Source of the DNA: Eledone cirrhosa
Lineage: Eukaryota
Assembly: GCA_964016885.1 (NCBI GenBank)
Contig: OZ024765.1
Location: forward strand, 5,890,001 to 5,954,000
Direction of reading: 5' to 3'
Length of the DNA stretch: 64,000 bases
Shown here one piece after another: positions 27,016 through 39,479 of the stretch. The notes below the pieces were generated by a model. That model was not told where the DNA came from. It saw only the letters and a list, made by a program, of their open reading frames with translations, and did no database searches. Position 1 is the stretch's first letter; each line of letters opens with the position of its first letter. Made by a program: the position numbers and the translations under genes.

Positions 27016-27134
27016 AACCACCACCACCACAATCTCTCATTACTAGGTGTGTTTGCAATCCTACATACACCTGTTACACGGTTAATTGGTAAAGAGGGGG
27101 GACGGAACATACCTGTGTCAGGAGGAAGCAACAG

Positions 27135-27169
27135 TTGTAGTAGTAGTAGTGGTAGCAGTGGTGGTAGTG

Positions 27170-27201
<32 letters not shown>

Positions 27202-27910
27202 GGCGGCGGTAGTAGTAGTAGTGGCGGTGGTAGTAGTAGTAGTGGCGGTAATAGTGGTGGTAGTGGTAGTAGTAGTATTGGTGGTGGTGGTAGTAGTAGT
27301 GGCGGTAGTAGTAGTGGTGGTGGTAGTGGTAGTAGTAGTGGCGGTAGTGGTGGTAGTGGTGGTAGTAGTAGATGTAGTAGTGGTGGTGGTGGTGGTGGTA
27401 GTAGTAGTGGTGGTAGTGGTAGTAGTAGTAGTGGCGGTAGTAGTAATAATGGTGTTCGTAGTAGTGGTGGTAGTGGTAGTAGTAGTAGTGGTGGTAGTGG
27501 TAGTAGTAGTGGTAGTGGTAGTAGTAGTGGTGGTAGTGGTAGTAGTAGTAGTGGTGGTAGTGGTAGTAGTAGTGGTAGTGGTAGTAGTAGTGGTGGTAGT
27601 GGTAGTAGTAGTAGTAGTAGTGGCGGTAGTAGTAGTGGTGGTATTCGTAGTAGTGGTGGTAGTAGTCGTAGTGGTGGTAGTATTAGATGTAGTAGTGGTG
27701 GTAGTGGTAGTAGTAGTAGTGGTAGTTGAAGTGGTAATACTACTACTAGTAGTATTAGTTTCTATAAACTGGATGGACTACCTACAATTGCTACCTCCTC
27801 CTCCCCACACCTTGAAATAATGTTACACACACATACACACACATACATACACACACACATACACACACACACACACACATAGATATAGACATACACATAT
27901 ACACACATAC

Positions 27911-27951
<41 letters not shown>

Positions 27952-28795
27952 TACACACACACACACATACACACATACATACACACACACATACACACAC
28001 ACATAGATATACACACATATACACATATACACATACATACATACACACACACATACATAGATATACAGACATGTACACACATACATACATACACACACAC
28101 ATACAGACATACACACATACACATACATACAGACATACACACATACACATACATACACACACACACACACATACACACATACATATACACACATATACAC
28201 ACATATACATGCACACATACATATACACAGGCATACATACATACACACACACATATACACAGACATACACATATATACATATACACACATACATTACACA
28301 CACATACATATACACAGACATACATGTACACATACATACATATACACATACATAGATGTGCCACTGGTACAGCCAGTCACTGGGGTGCCACTCTAGATGT
28401 GCCACCGATACACCCAGTCACTGGGGTGTCACCCTAGATGTACCACCAATACAGTCAGTTGTCGGGGTGCCACCGATACACCCAGTCACTGGGGTGTCAC
28501 CCTAGATGTACCACCGATACAGCCAGTCACTGGTGTGCCACCCTAGATGTGCCACCAATACAGCCAGTCACTGGGGTGCCACTCTAGCTGTGCCACCGAT
28601 ACAGCCAGTCACTGGGGTGCCACTCTAGCTGTGCCACCGATACACCCAGTCACTGGTGTGCCACCCTAGATGTGCCACCAATACAGTCAGTCACTGGGGT
28701 GCCACTCTAGATGTGCCACTGGTACAGCCAGTCACTGGTGTGCCACCCTAGATGTGCCACCGATACAGTCAGTCACTGGGGTGCCACTCTGGATG
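27135..28795. repeat. Compound (GTA/GTG)n, (CA/TA)n and 41-bp minisatellite block
   Basis: Direct inspection; accounts for the Gly/Ser, Val and CVY ORFs. Confidence 0.95.
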
Positions 28796-28809
28796 CTTTT
28801 GCTGTCAAT

Positions 28810-29560
28810 TATCACCACTGGCCTCTATTCTCTGTCATACATAGAAGGGTCTCAGTGCTGTGACCAGTCCAGTCTTTGATGTTGTCAGAGCAGGATTTTC
28901 TTTGTCTGCCTCTCCGTCACCCTCCTCCTCAACTGGACCCTGGAGGATGGTTTTAGACAAGGAGTTGTGGCAGGATATATGACCATACCAAGCAAGCTTC
29001 CATCTTTACACCATCACTAGCTGTTTGTTTTCTGCTCCATATGGGATGGAGAGCAACCTTCTGAAGCAGTTGTGCTTGAATGACTGGATTCTTTGTTCCA
29101 TGTCAGCTGTGACAGTCTAACTCTCTCACCCATACAAAAGAATAAGGAGTTGTGCTTCCATGTCAGCTGTGACAGTCTAACTCTCTCACCCATACAAACA
29201 AATAAGCAGTTGTGCTTCCATGTCAGCTGTGACAGTCTAACTCTCTCACCCATACAAACAAATAAGCAGTTGTGCTTCCATGTCAGCTGTGACAGTCTAA
29301 CTCTCTCACCCATACAAACAAATAAGCAGTTGTGCTTCCATGTCAGCTGTGACAGTCTAACTCTCTCACCCATACAAACGGATCGAAGTCAGCAAGGACT
29401 TGTAAAGTTTGAGCTTTGTTGGAAAACTGATGGAGTAGATTTATTGTACGACATTCAGCTTTCCCATAGCAGAAGTGGCCAGGACAAGTCTTGTCAGTAT
29501 CTCCTTTTGAGATCAGCCACAAGGTACCTTTAATTCAAAAGGTTGACCTTGCCACGAAAC
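28810..29560 (-). mobile_element. RTE-like LINE 3' fragment with a 60-bp x5 internal tandem (29090-29378)
   Basis: Reverse translation KLAWYGHI...SKTILQG.VE...RRGRQRK...DNIKDWTG. Confidence 0.7.
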
Positions 29561-29919
29561 ACACCATGTCATACCGTATCTCCCTGGGAATTAAGTACAG
29601 TAAGAGTACACACGTCTGTAGAATATTCAGCCACATACATATTAATATAACAAGTAGGTCATTCTGTTCGCTGAACAACTGGAACCCTCGACTGAGCAGA
29701 TATGTCTCTCCCTCTCTCTCTCTCTATATATATATATGTCAAATTATCCTGAGTCGGTCTTCTTGTTGCTTTGGTCCCTGCAGTTGGCTTACCAGTCGCA
29801 ATCTTCAATTTGCAAAGCTGTCTAAACGTAAAATACCTTATTGAGTGCTTTGCTGCACATTCCGATTGCATTTGTTAGCTTAGCTGCAGCCAGAACTTCG
29901 ATTATGCTGTACTTCCATT

Positions 29920-29958
<39 letters not shown>

Positions 29959-30438
29959 TAAAATAACAGATTAAAGTTTAAGCAAAGAATCGCTGCTTTC
30001 ACCCTTAACGGGAACTTCTGAAACTAAAAAAGTCAATCTGTGAACGCAGAAGTAAATATTTCAAAAAACGTTGCAACCGGAGGAAGACAGGAAGACGATA
30101 CTTTGGTTCGTGGAAACGTTCGCTGGCAAAGAACGGGGAAAAACGAATAATACGTCATTAATAGGAGCGGTGAAAAACAATTACGCGCAAAGACAGAACC
30201 ACGTTTATGGTATAAAAGAGGTCGTAGACTAATGTTCTCTTAGGTGGTGCATAGAGACGTTCTTTGGCAATGAACGAAAAAACGAAGATAATAAGTCATA
30301 TGTGGAGCGTGGAGAACAATAGCACGCAAAGAAAAACCACGTAAATGGTATAGCAGAAGTCGTACGGTTCTTATATATTTGATATATATTTTCCTTATCG
30401 AGCCCTCTTTGGATTTTAGTCTTCAACTTTATTATTAT

Positions 30439-30494
<56 letters not shown>

Positions 30495-31740
30495 AGAAAT
30501 GTAAGCTGTCGCCGTATTTTGACTAAAGAAATTAAAGAAATTATTTAGCCCGATAGTGGGGTTAAGAACCCTCGGAGAAATGGAAAAAGATGAGTATTGA
30601 CGTACATGGGATATATATATATATATATCATCATCATCATTGTTTTACATCCATTCTTCCACGCTAGCATGGTTTAACGAGTTGTCCAGTTGTGGGCAAT
30701 GCTAGGTCAGGTGACCATGTCTTGCTTATACAGAACTGATTTTGGCTCGGTTTCTACAGCTGGATGCCTTTCCTAACACCAACCTCATTTACAGTGTGTA
30801 CTGGGTGCTTTTTGTTGTGACACCTACACGACCACGACCACTTTACAGTTGACACTGTAAATCAGCAGGCACTCTAGAAAGTTTAAAGAAGCTCAGTATA
30901 CCTGATATGATGCTTAACATCGTTGCCTCCTTCCACAAGGAGGATGATAGCTGCTGTTTTATCATAAAGGGATCAAGAACTTCCAATCCTGCTGTATCAA
31001 TCAGCTACGAGAAGCAAGATGGAGAACAAAAGTGTGTTATGAAACATACTAGCAATGTTGTCCCCAAATACTCACCCTTGCACGATCTGTGGACTTGTTT
31101 GGAAATTCTTGGCGAAACTAAAATGTCACACCCGACATAAAGAACCAAACTGAATAGGCTGTTGGATCTTTATACTTCTAAACCAACGAGAGAGTCCATC
31201 GTATGTACACATACTTGGTGTGAGGACGGGCATCCAGCCATAGAAACCAAGCCAGAAGCAGTCCTGTGTGAGTCACAATCCCCTGACCCAACTTGCCTCA
31301 AGTGGAACAATCCGTCTAATCCATGCGAGCATGGAAAATGAATGATAAATGGTAATGATGATGATATATATATGTTTAGAATTTATCGATGCTGTATTTG
31401 CAAATGTCCAAACAAGTCAATTTATTTGAGCTGAATCAACACACAATGATATATGAAGTTAAATTCGTTGTTTCAAGAGGGATAATTAACAAAGACATTT
31501 CTATGTATGTGTGAGTCTGTATTGTAGCTTAGCAGTTTCACAAAAATAGGTCGATAAATTAATAGACTTGAAAAGCAAGTACTGGGGTCAATAGGATCGA
31601 CTAAATCAATGGGGTGTCCCAGCATGGCAATAGTCAAACGACTGAAACCAATAAAAGAACATATGCTTGTATGTATACATATCCATATATATACACACAT
31701 ATGCACAGCTATGCATATATATATATATATATATATATAT

Positions 31741-32529
31741 CGAATCTTCTATTATCGATTTTTTATCGTATGGTTGATTGTAGACTTGTTCTATATGTGA
31801 CGGTATTTTAACGATAGTTATAGCTCTGATTCATCTGAATTATTGAGCCCTCTGCCGCTCATTTCGAATTTTGTTTATCGTGAACTCGTGCGCCGATTTT
31901 TCGATATTCGATCTTTCTAATATTTTTAGCTCTGGACATAGCTATCCACCAGTTAATTTTATTGCTCATTTTTTGTCGATTCTATTGAGTGATGAATAGC
32001 TTTTGTTTTATTTTAACATGTCTATTGAGCACTCTTATTCGATATGTGTATTTCCACATTCCCTCGAATAGTTTTCGCGGATATAGAGGTTATCTCCCTT
32101 GTCTAATGCCATGTGCGTTTTTCACTGGTAGTTAGCCCCTTTTCCGCTAGGAAAAAAGCTCGTTGAGAAAGTAAACTCCGTTCTTCTTGCTCTAGTAGGC
32201 TTTTATATTTATATGTGAGCTGATAGAGTACAGTCTAAGGATTTACAGAAACCCACGAAGCTAGATTTAACACCATTCTAGTGGGTCCGGGTATGATTTT
32301 ACATTCATTTAAATTATTGATGTATTGTTTTATTGATATTTTTTATCTGTTTGTCCCGAATCTTCTATTATCGATTTTTTATCTTATGGTTGATTGTAGA
32401 CTTGTTCTATATGTGACGGTATTTTAACGATAGTTATAGCTCTGATTCATCTGAATTATTGAGCCCTCTGCCGCTCATTTCGAATTTTGTTTATCGTGAA
32501 CTCGTGCGCCGATTTTTCGATATTCGATC

Positions 32530-32538
<9 letters not shown>
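31741..32538 (+). mobile_element. ~800-bp element with ~180-bp terminal direct repeats, embedded in (TA)n
   Basis: 31741-31922 is repeated at 32357-32538 with one visible mismatch; no ORF. Confidence 0.65.
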
Positions 32539-32568
<30 letters not shown>

Positions 32569-33689
32569 GTCTCCAAAAAATTTATACACACTTTTATTAG
32601 AATGCTGTTGGCGTATGTATACATTTTTGGGGGATACCACACAAAAACCTATGGAACTGAGACTGGGGAGACCACAAATTAGGGGAGAACTTTATGCACG
32701 GGAAAAGGGAAGTGGATATAGAAGGTAAAATCCCAAATGCAATGCCTAATGGTTTTGGCTAGTTTTCAGCATCTTTTCAAGGATGTATATCCTTGAAAAA
32801 ACTTTCTGAATACAAGTTGAAACTGCTAGGCATTGTGGTTGGGTTTTTATCTTTATCATCATCATCACTGTTTAACATCCACTTACCACGCTAGCATGGG
32901 TTAGACAGGTTGTCCCATTTGAGGCAAGTTGGGTCAGGTGGTCATGTCTTGCTCATATGAAACTGCTTCAGGCTATACATTTACGGTTAAATGCTGTTCC
33001 TAACACCAACCGCATTTACAGCGCGTGCTGGTCCTCTCTATATATTTATATACTCACATCATCATCAGCATTTTTGTGGCACCAGCACAACCACTCTGTA
33101 AGGTGGTTGTACTGGTGCCCCAACAAAAAACACCCAGTCCACTCTGTAAGGTGGTTGTACTGGTGTCACAACAAAAAACACCCAGTCCACCCTGTAAGGT
33201 GGTTGTACTGGTGCTACGACAAACAAAAAGCACCCAGTCCACCCTGTAAGGTGGTTGTACTGGTGCCACGACAAACAAAAAACACCCAGTCCACCTTGTA
33301 AGGTGGTTGTACTGGTGCCACAACAAACAAAAAGCACCCAGTCCACTCTGTAAGGTAGTTGTACTGGTGCCACAACAAAAAACATCCAATCCACCCTGTA
33401 AGGTGGTTGTACTGGTGCCACGACAAACAAAAAGCACCCAGTCCACTTTGTAAGGTGGTTGTACTGGTGCCGCAACAAAAAGCACCCAGTCCACTCTGTA
33501 AGGTGGTTGTACTGGTGCTGCAACAAAAAGCACCTAATCCACCCGGCAATGTGGTTGGTGTTGGGAAAAGCATCCAGCAGTAGAAACCAAGCCAAAAATT
33601 GATCGTACAAGCAAGACACAGTCGATTACTATAATATCTTTAGAAAATCGGGTAAAATACCCCTATAGTCGGGAAAAAAGAAGTCAGCA

Positions 33690-33749
33690 GTCGCTACGGA
33701 GGATCGAATTCTGTAACTCTCAAATTCCAGTTGAGCGCTCTGTACCAAT

Positions 33750-33752
<3 letters not shown>
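33690..33752 (-). pseudogene. tRNA-like remnant (5' acceptor strand replaced by (CA)n)
   Basis: CTCATTGGTACAGAGC D-arm, CTCAA-CTGGAAT-TTGAG anticodon arm, TTCGATC T-loop and a downstream T6. Confidence 0.45.
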
Positions 33753-33835
<83 letters not shown>

Positions 33836-34744
33836 ATGTATGTAACAATATCCGAAGGTGTGAAAAGGAAAAAGGTAAGCAGTGCTCAATCGTGAAGAAA
33901 GCAGGAATGTCATATTATATATATATATATATGTATATATAGGTTGTTCAACTATTTTCAATCAACAGAGAAAATACGTAAAGACATTTATATACAGGTG
34001 TTTACATAGTATACATATTTCTCGCCGATTCGGTAAAAAGCCTGCCTAATATTGCAGCCTTTTTTACGATTCCAACCTTTTAAAAACATTTATATATATT
34101 TAATAAAACTTTCACCATAATTTAATGTAAGAACCTTTGTTAAGTTATATCCCAAAAACCAATAAGTTAGTTATATTACTAAATCCCTTTAAATTACTGA
34201 TTATTTAAAAAATATATTTGAAAATCCTAAACAGCGTATTTTATTAGAAATATGATTAAAAAAATGGGTTAAAGTGTTTATATTTATTCTAAAAACCTTC
34301 TATCATAATTTTATTTTAAATCCTTTGTTAAGTTTTGTTCCCAAAAATACGAGGAAGTGAGTATATTACTACAACCTCCAACCACACTGTCGATCATGAG
34401 AAGTTTATTGAATAAAAAAATCATAGGTATTGTATTTTCTCAGAAATGTGTTCAGGCGAGGAGAGTCGGATGACACCACATTGTGTATATGTACACGTGA
34501 AAACGAGATAACGGCAGGGGTGTGTCTCAGGTGAGTCTAGTGGTCCGACTGGATTGTAACGTGGACATAGTATATAGTACGTACTAGCTACGAACGCACA
34601 CACCCACATTTGTTGTTGGTTAAGTAAACAGTCAACGAAAGGTGATCGTGTGTGTGTGTGTATATATATATATATACACATTGGTTGTTGGTTAACTAAA
34701 CACTCAACGAAAGGTGATCGTGTGTGTGTGTGTGTGTGTATGTG

Positions 34745-34780
<36 letters not shown>

Positions 34781-34819
34781 TTGGTTGTTGGTTAACTAAA
34801 CACTCAACGAAAGGTGATC

Positions 34820-34865
<46 letters not shown>

Positions 34866-34914
34866 CGGTTGTTGGTTAACTAAACACTCAACGAAAGATG
34901 TGTGTGTGTGTGTG

Positions 34915-34946
<32 letters not shown>

Positions 34947-35125
34947 ATATATATATATATAACGAAGGAAATGTGGTAAGGAACCAGGTGGACCATAACG
35001 CACCAAAGTACTCAATACTTAGGGTAGTAGAGTGGGTAATAGGAACGAGTAGGACCCCGACGGCTGAGCTCAAGCCGTTTCGACGGCTAATTCTGGATAG
35101 TCCAGCCGTCGGGGTCCTACTCGTT

Positions 35126-35186
<61 letters not shown>

Positions 35187-35230
35187 CTTTGTTGTTGAAA
35201 GGTGTGATCGTGTGCGTGTATATATATGCA

Positions 35231-35312
35231 TACAGGGTGTCCTAAAAAAATGTATACTCACATCAACAGCATTCTAATCAAAGTGTATATACATTTTTCG
35301 AGAACACCCTGC
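35231..35312. mobile_element. Tiny Tc1/mariner-type MITE; related copies at 32565-32640, 44258-44300 and 55834-55935
   Basis: TACAGGGTG...CACCCTG(C/T)A imperfect TIRs in TA-rich context. Confidence 0.55.
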
Positions 35313-35569
35313 ATGTATGTATGCATATATATATATATATATATCGACATTGGTTGTTAGTTAACTAAACACTCAATGAATCGTGCGATCGCGTGTGTGT
35401 GTGTGTATATATATTTATATATATATATATACATACACTCATTGGATGTTGGTCAACTAAACACGCAATGAAATGTGATCGCGTGTATATATATATATAA
35501 ACATACATTTGTGAACATGTCAACAGAAACAGCAGATTAATAAAGAAAAAAACCTAACGCCAGCGTAGT

Positions 35570-35644
<75 letters not shown>

Positions 35645-35739
35645 AAAGCAGCGATTCTTTGCTTTAACTTTAATCTGTTATTTTAATTAATAAATATATA
35701 TATATATTTATATACATATATTTATATATATACATACAC

Positions 35740-35788
<49 letters not shown>

Positions 35789-35918
35789 CATACACATATA
35801 TATAGAGAGAGAGGTGTAAGAAATAACAAAGCAAACGACACAGTACAATGAAAAAATATATTAGTTTAAAATTTAACACACTTATCTATCTGTTTATCGC
35901 TCTCTCTCTCTCTATATA

Positions 35919-35977
<59 letters not shown>

Positions 35978-36236
35978 TAACAAATGGAAACTATATTTAT
36001 AAAACCATATTTATCTCGTTATACATATTTCAAGGGCCACCAAAGCAAACTATGGTGCGCTTTCATCAGATAAAATATAATATAGGTTAGTTTTATAAAC
36101 AAATATTGACATAACCTTAAAAAATGCAACCATTCTGGTTGGAATCTCCTGATGTTTACTCCAATAATTTGTTGAGTGCTTTATATCAGTTATAAAAATA
36201 TTTAGCTTGTTGTATCCCAACAAATTAAATATAACC

Positions 36237-36286
<50 letters not shown>

Positions 36287-36553
36287 AATACAATATAGAG
36301 TTATTAACTCATATAAATACCCTGCAATTAACAAGCTGAAAGTATAAATACTGAGCATTCCTTACGGGGTCGATAAAATAAAGTACCAGTAATGTACTGA
36401 GTATTTGCTGGCCTTGTGCCAAAAGCAGAAACAATTATAATATTAATATGTGTAGAAGCAAACACAGTAAACCCGTGTCTAAAATTACGAGGGTAGATTA
36501 CACCACAAATGTTATATATCATTCAACCTGAATCATATGGGATGTTACAAGAT

Positions 36554-36584
<31 letters not shown>

Positions 36585-37077
36585 GTGTGTATGTGTGTAT
36601 GTGTGTGTGTGTGTATGTGTGTGTGGTAATATAGAAATGTCTTCTACAAGAATAGAACTGTTTCATTCAAAAGAAACGATGATTTCTTTTGAATGAAACA
36701 GTTCTAGTCCCGTAGAAGCCATTTCTATAGTAAACTTGATGCCTACACTCTACTAATGGATTGAGTACTCCCGATAGTACCCGGAATTCACACACAACAC
36801 TATATATATATATATAACGAAGGAAGTGTGGTAAGGAACCAGAAGGACTATAACGCATCAGAGTACTCAATACTTAGGGTAGTAGAGTGGGTAATAGGAA
36901 AACTTTAACCCCGACGGCAGAACTCAACCCGTTACTAGTCCAGAAATAGCCGTCGATACAGCTTGAGCTCTGCCGTCGGGGTTAAACATTTTCATATATA
37001 TATATATACATACGTTAAAACTGTACAGAGTACTCATAATCTCTAACTGGATTATCTAAAACGATAACTTGTTATCC

Positions 37078-37126
<49 letters not shown>

Positions 37127-37292
37127 GGGATAACAATATATATGTATAGGGATTCAGTTACTGTAAATTCATCACTCTGTCATTACCATAACAGAAGAGC
37201 CAGGCCCGATCGATACAGATCGAGCCTGGAGCTGATCAATAGCGAAACGCGCGCCACTACTTAATAAACGTAATGAAGATCCAACACTTCGT

Positions 37293-37362
<70 letters not shown>

Positions 37363-37553
37363 TTGAGAATAAGCTCTCAGTCCTTTACAATAATTAAGCT
37401 CCAGGAAAGGGGCATTTCCGAGCAGTTAAATACATTAAAATATATGTTATATCGAGACAGACAAATTGTATTCACTTTAATTAGTTTATTTCATTAATAG
37501 CTGACCGTCTGTTGCAATGCAAACACGTTTTGTGTTTATCATATATTTTAATG

Positions 37554-37594
<41 letters not shown>

Positions 37595-37713
37595 GGGTAT
37601 ACACGCAAATAGATGGATATTCAGAGGCAATATGATTTGATCACAAATATATGATCTGTGTATATATATGTTGTTATTATTTCTGGCAATATTATAACAA
37701 TATGACCCTCCGC

Positions 37714-37771
<58 letters not shown>

Positions 37772-37834
37772 GAAAAGATTCAGGACCCCGACCGCTGAGC
37801 TCCGGCCGTTTCGACAGCTAGATCCGAACTATAG

Positions 37835-37884
<50 letters not shown>

Positions 37885-38090
37885 CATGAATTGACCTGTT
37901 ATCTAAAGACATTTCTTCCAATTCCGTCCCGCCCGTCCTCTCAATCTATTTTATTTCTCATTCTTTCTTCTGATGAAGGACTAGCGTCCGAAACGTTAAG
38001 ACCCTCTTCCTGCTAATATCAAGCGTTAACCTAATATATACCTTCCATATACTGTACCGATTGTGTTGTTATTTCTGTTTACCTTTTACA
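37885..38090 (+). mobile_element. Penelope-like terminal-repeat fragment; related copies at 9470-9700 (-), 43835-44012 (-) and partial at 20815-20900 (+)
   Basis: About 200-bp dispersed repeat sitting in (TA)n and carrying the hammerhead motif typical of Penelope-like elements. Confidence 0.55.
37966..38001 (+). ncRNA. Minimal type I hammerhead ribozyme motif in a Penelope-like repeat
   Basis: TCTT-CTGATGA-A-GGAC(TAGC)GTCC-GAAA-CG-TT-AAGA: core boxes, stem II, palindromic ACGT stem III and stem I TCTT/AAGA. Confidence 0.7.
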
Positions 38091-38097
38091 TACATAC

Positions 38098-38139
<42 letters not shown>

Positions 38140-38607
38140 TTACGTGCGGATATGTACTTCATTACCTACTCCGTTTCTAACACTTCGCGGTTGACAACGA
38201 ATAGAAGTGGTTCTAGATACAATATACATACATTTCACACGTGTATCAATGTATATATAAATATATATAACATAGTCACACGCCTCTCTCTATGCATGCA
38301 TCTTTTTCTTATACATACGAGAGCCAAATATAATACGTTTATATACACACATGTGTATATATATATATATATATATGCACATACCGACACATATATATGT
38401 TTGATTATGTGTGTCTATAACAACATCTATGTATATTTCATACTGTGTGTGTGTGTATATATATAGAGAGAGATAGACATATATGTTTGTATGTATACAT
38501 TCAAATTTATGCATATTTTAGTGTCTCGCTCAGTATGTATATATATATATATACATATACACTGTATGTGGGTGTGTATATATTTAAATATATATAGACA
38601 CTATGTA

Positions 38608-38649
<42 letters not shown>

Positions 38650-38710
38650 CATTATGTATGTGATTATTTATATATAAACACTGTGTGTGCGTATATATAG
38701 TCACTATATA

Positions 38711-38765
<55 letters not shown>

Positions 38766-38942
38766 TATGTATGTGTGTGCATATATATATGTACGGATAT
38801 GCATACGTAGTGTTGTATATGGTGTTTGATTGCGAGGTTTATACGAAAGCCGGGAAGGGGATGAATGCCACAACGTGACATAGTATTGTTCAAAGCTATA
38901 TATGTGTAGGAATGACAACAGTGAATGATTTGATAAACTTAC

Positions 38943-38996
38943 CACAGAGAAAAATGTGGCTGCGACGATCAAACGATAGTACTGACGTCTCTCCAT
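38943..38996 (-). CDS. ERP44: ERp44 coding exon 1 (signal peptide MERRQYYRLIVAATFFSV)
   Basis: ATG at 38996, 18 codons, then a GTAAG donor in phase 0. Joins exon 2 in frame to give a basic-hydrophobic-small-residue signal peptide. ETS-like motifs lie just upstream. Confidence 0.8.
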
Positions 38997-39049
38997 ATCT
39001 AAACTTCTTCTTGCCTTCCACAGTTACCTACCTTGGTTTCATTTTCGGC

Positions 39050-39070
39050 ACTTTCCGGTCACTTCCGTCT
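39050..39070 (-). promoter_or_regulatory. Putative ERp44 proximal promoter with ETS/GABP-like CGGAA motifs
   Basis: CGGAAGTG and CCGGAAAG on the - strand about 60-70 nt upstream of the ATG. Confidence 0.45.
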
Positions 39071-39479
39071 CCTGTTTCCATATTTCACTCTTTCTCTTCC
39101 CGCTCCTCTCTCAAATCTCTTACTCTCTTTCTTTTCCTCTGTCTCTTCTCTATTACTATCACTCTTACCTCTCCTCTCAACTTTACCCACCTTTCTCCCA
39201 CCACCTCGTCTTTGCTGGTCTTTGTAGGTATATTCCTATTTTAGAGTCCCATTAATCTCTGTATATTTTTATTTTTGGGTCCCAATAAACTAAAAAGGGA
39301 AAATTGCTACCTTTGGTACTTCACCCTAGTCGGTATCCTTAAGAAACAGTGTTAATAATAATTATATTAATAATAAGGAACAGTAACGAAGTATCAATAT
39401 AGCATCATTATGTTTGTTCACACCTGACGCGCGTTTCGCGATTGATCAGCTCAAGGTACAATCGGCAGTGACTTTATCG

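Noticed and set aside
27049-27729. Gly/Ser-rich 226-aa ORF resembling a structural protein
   Set aside because: It is a (GTA/GTG)n microsatellite open in several frames, has a non-ATG start, and lies antisense in an intron.
29793-29871. Alternative ERp44 first exon (MQSECAAKH...G|GTAAG)
   Set aside because: The donor is phase 1 while exon 2 needs phase 0, and it lacks signal-peptide character; 38943-38996 fits better.
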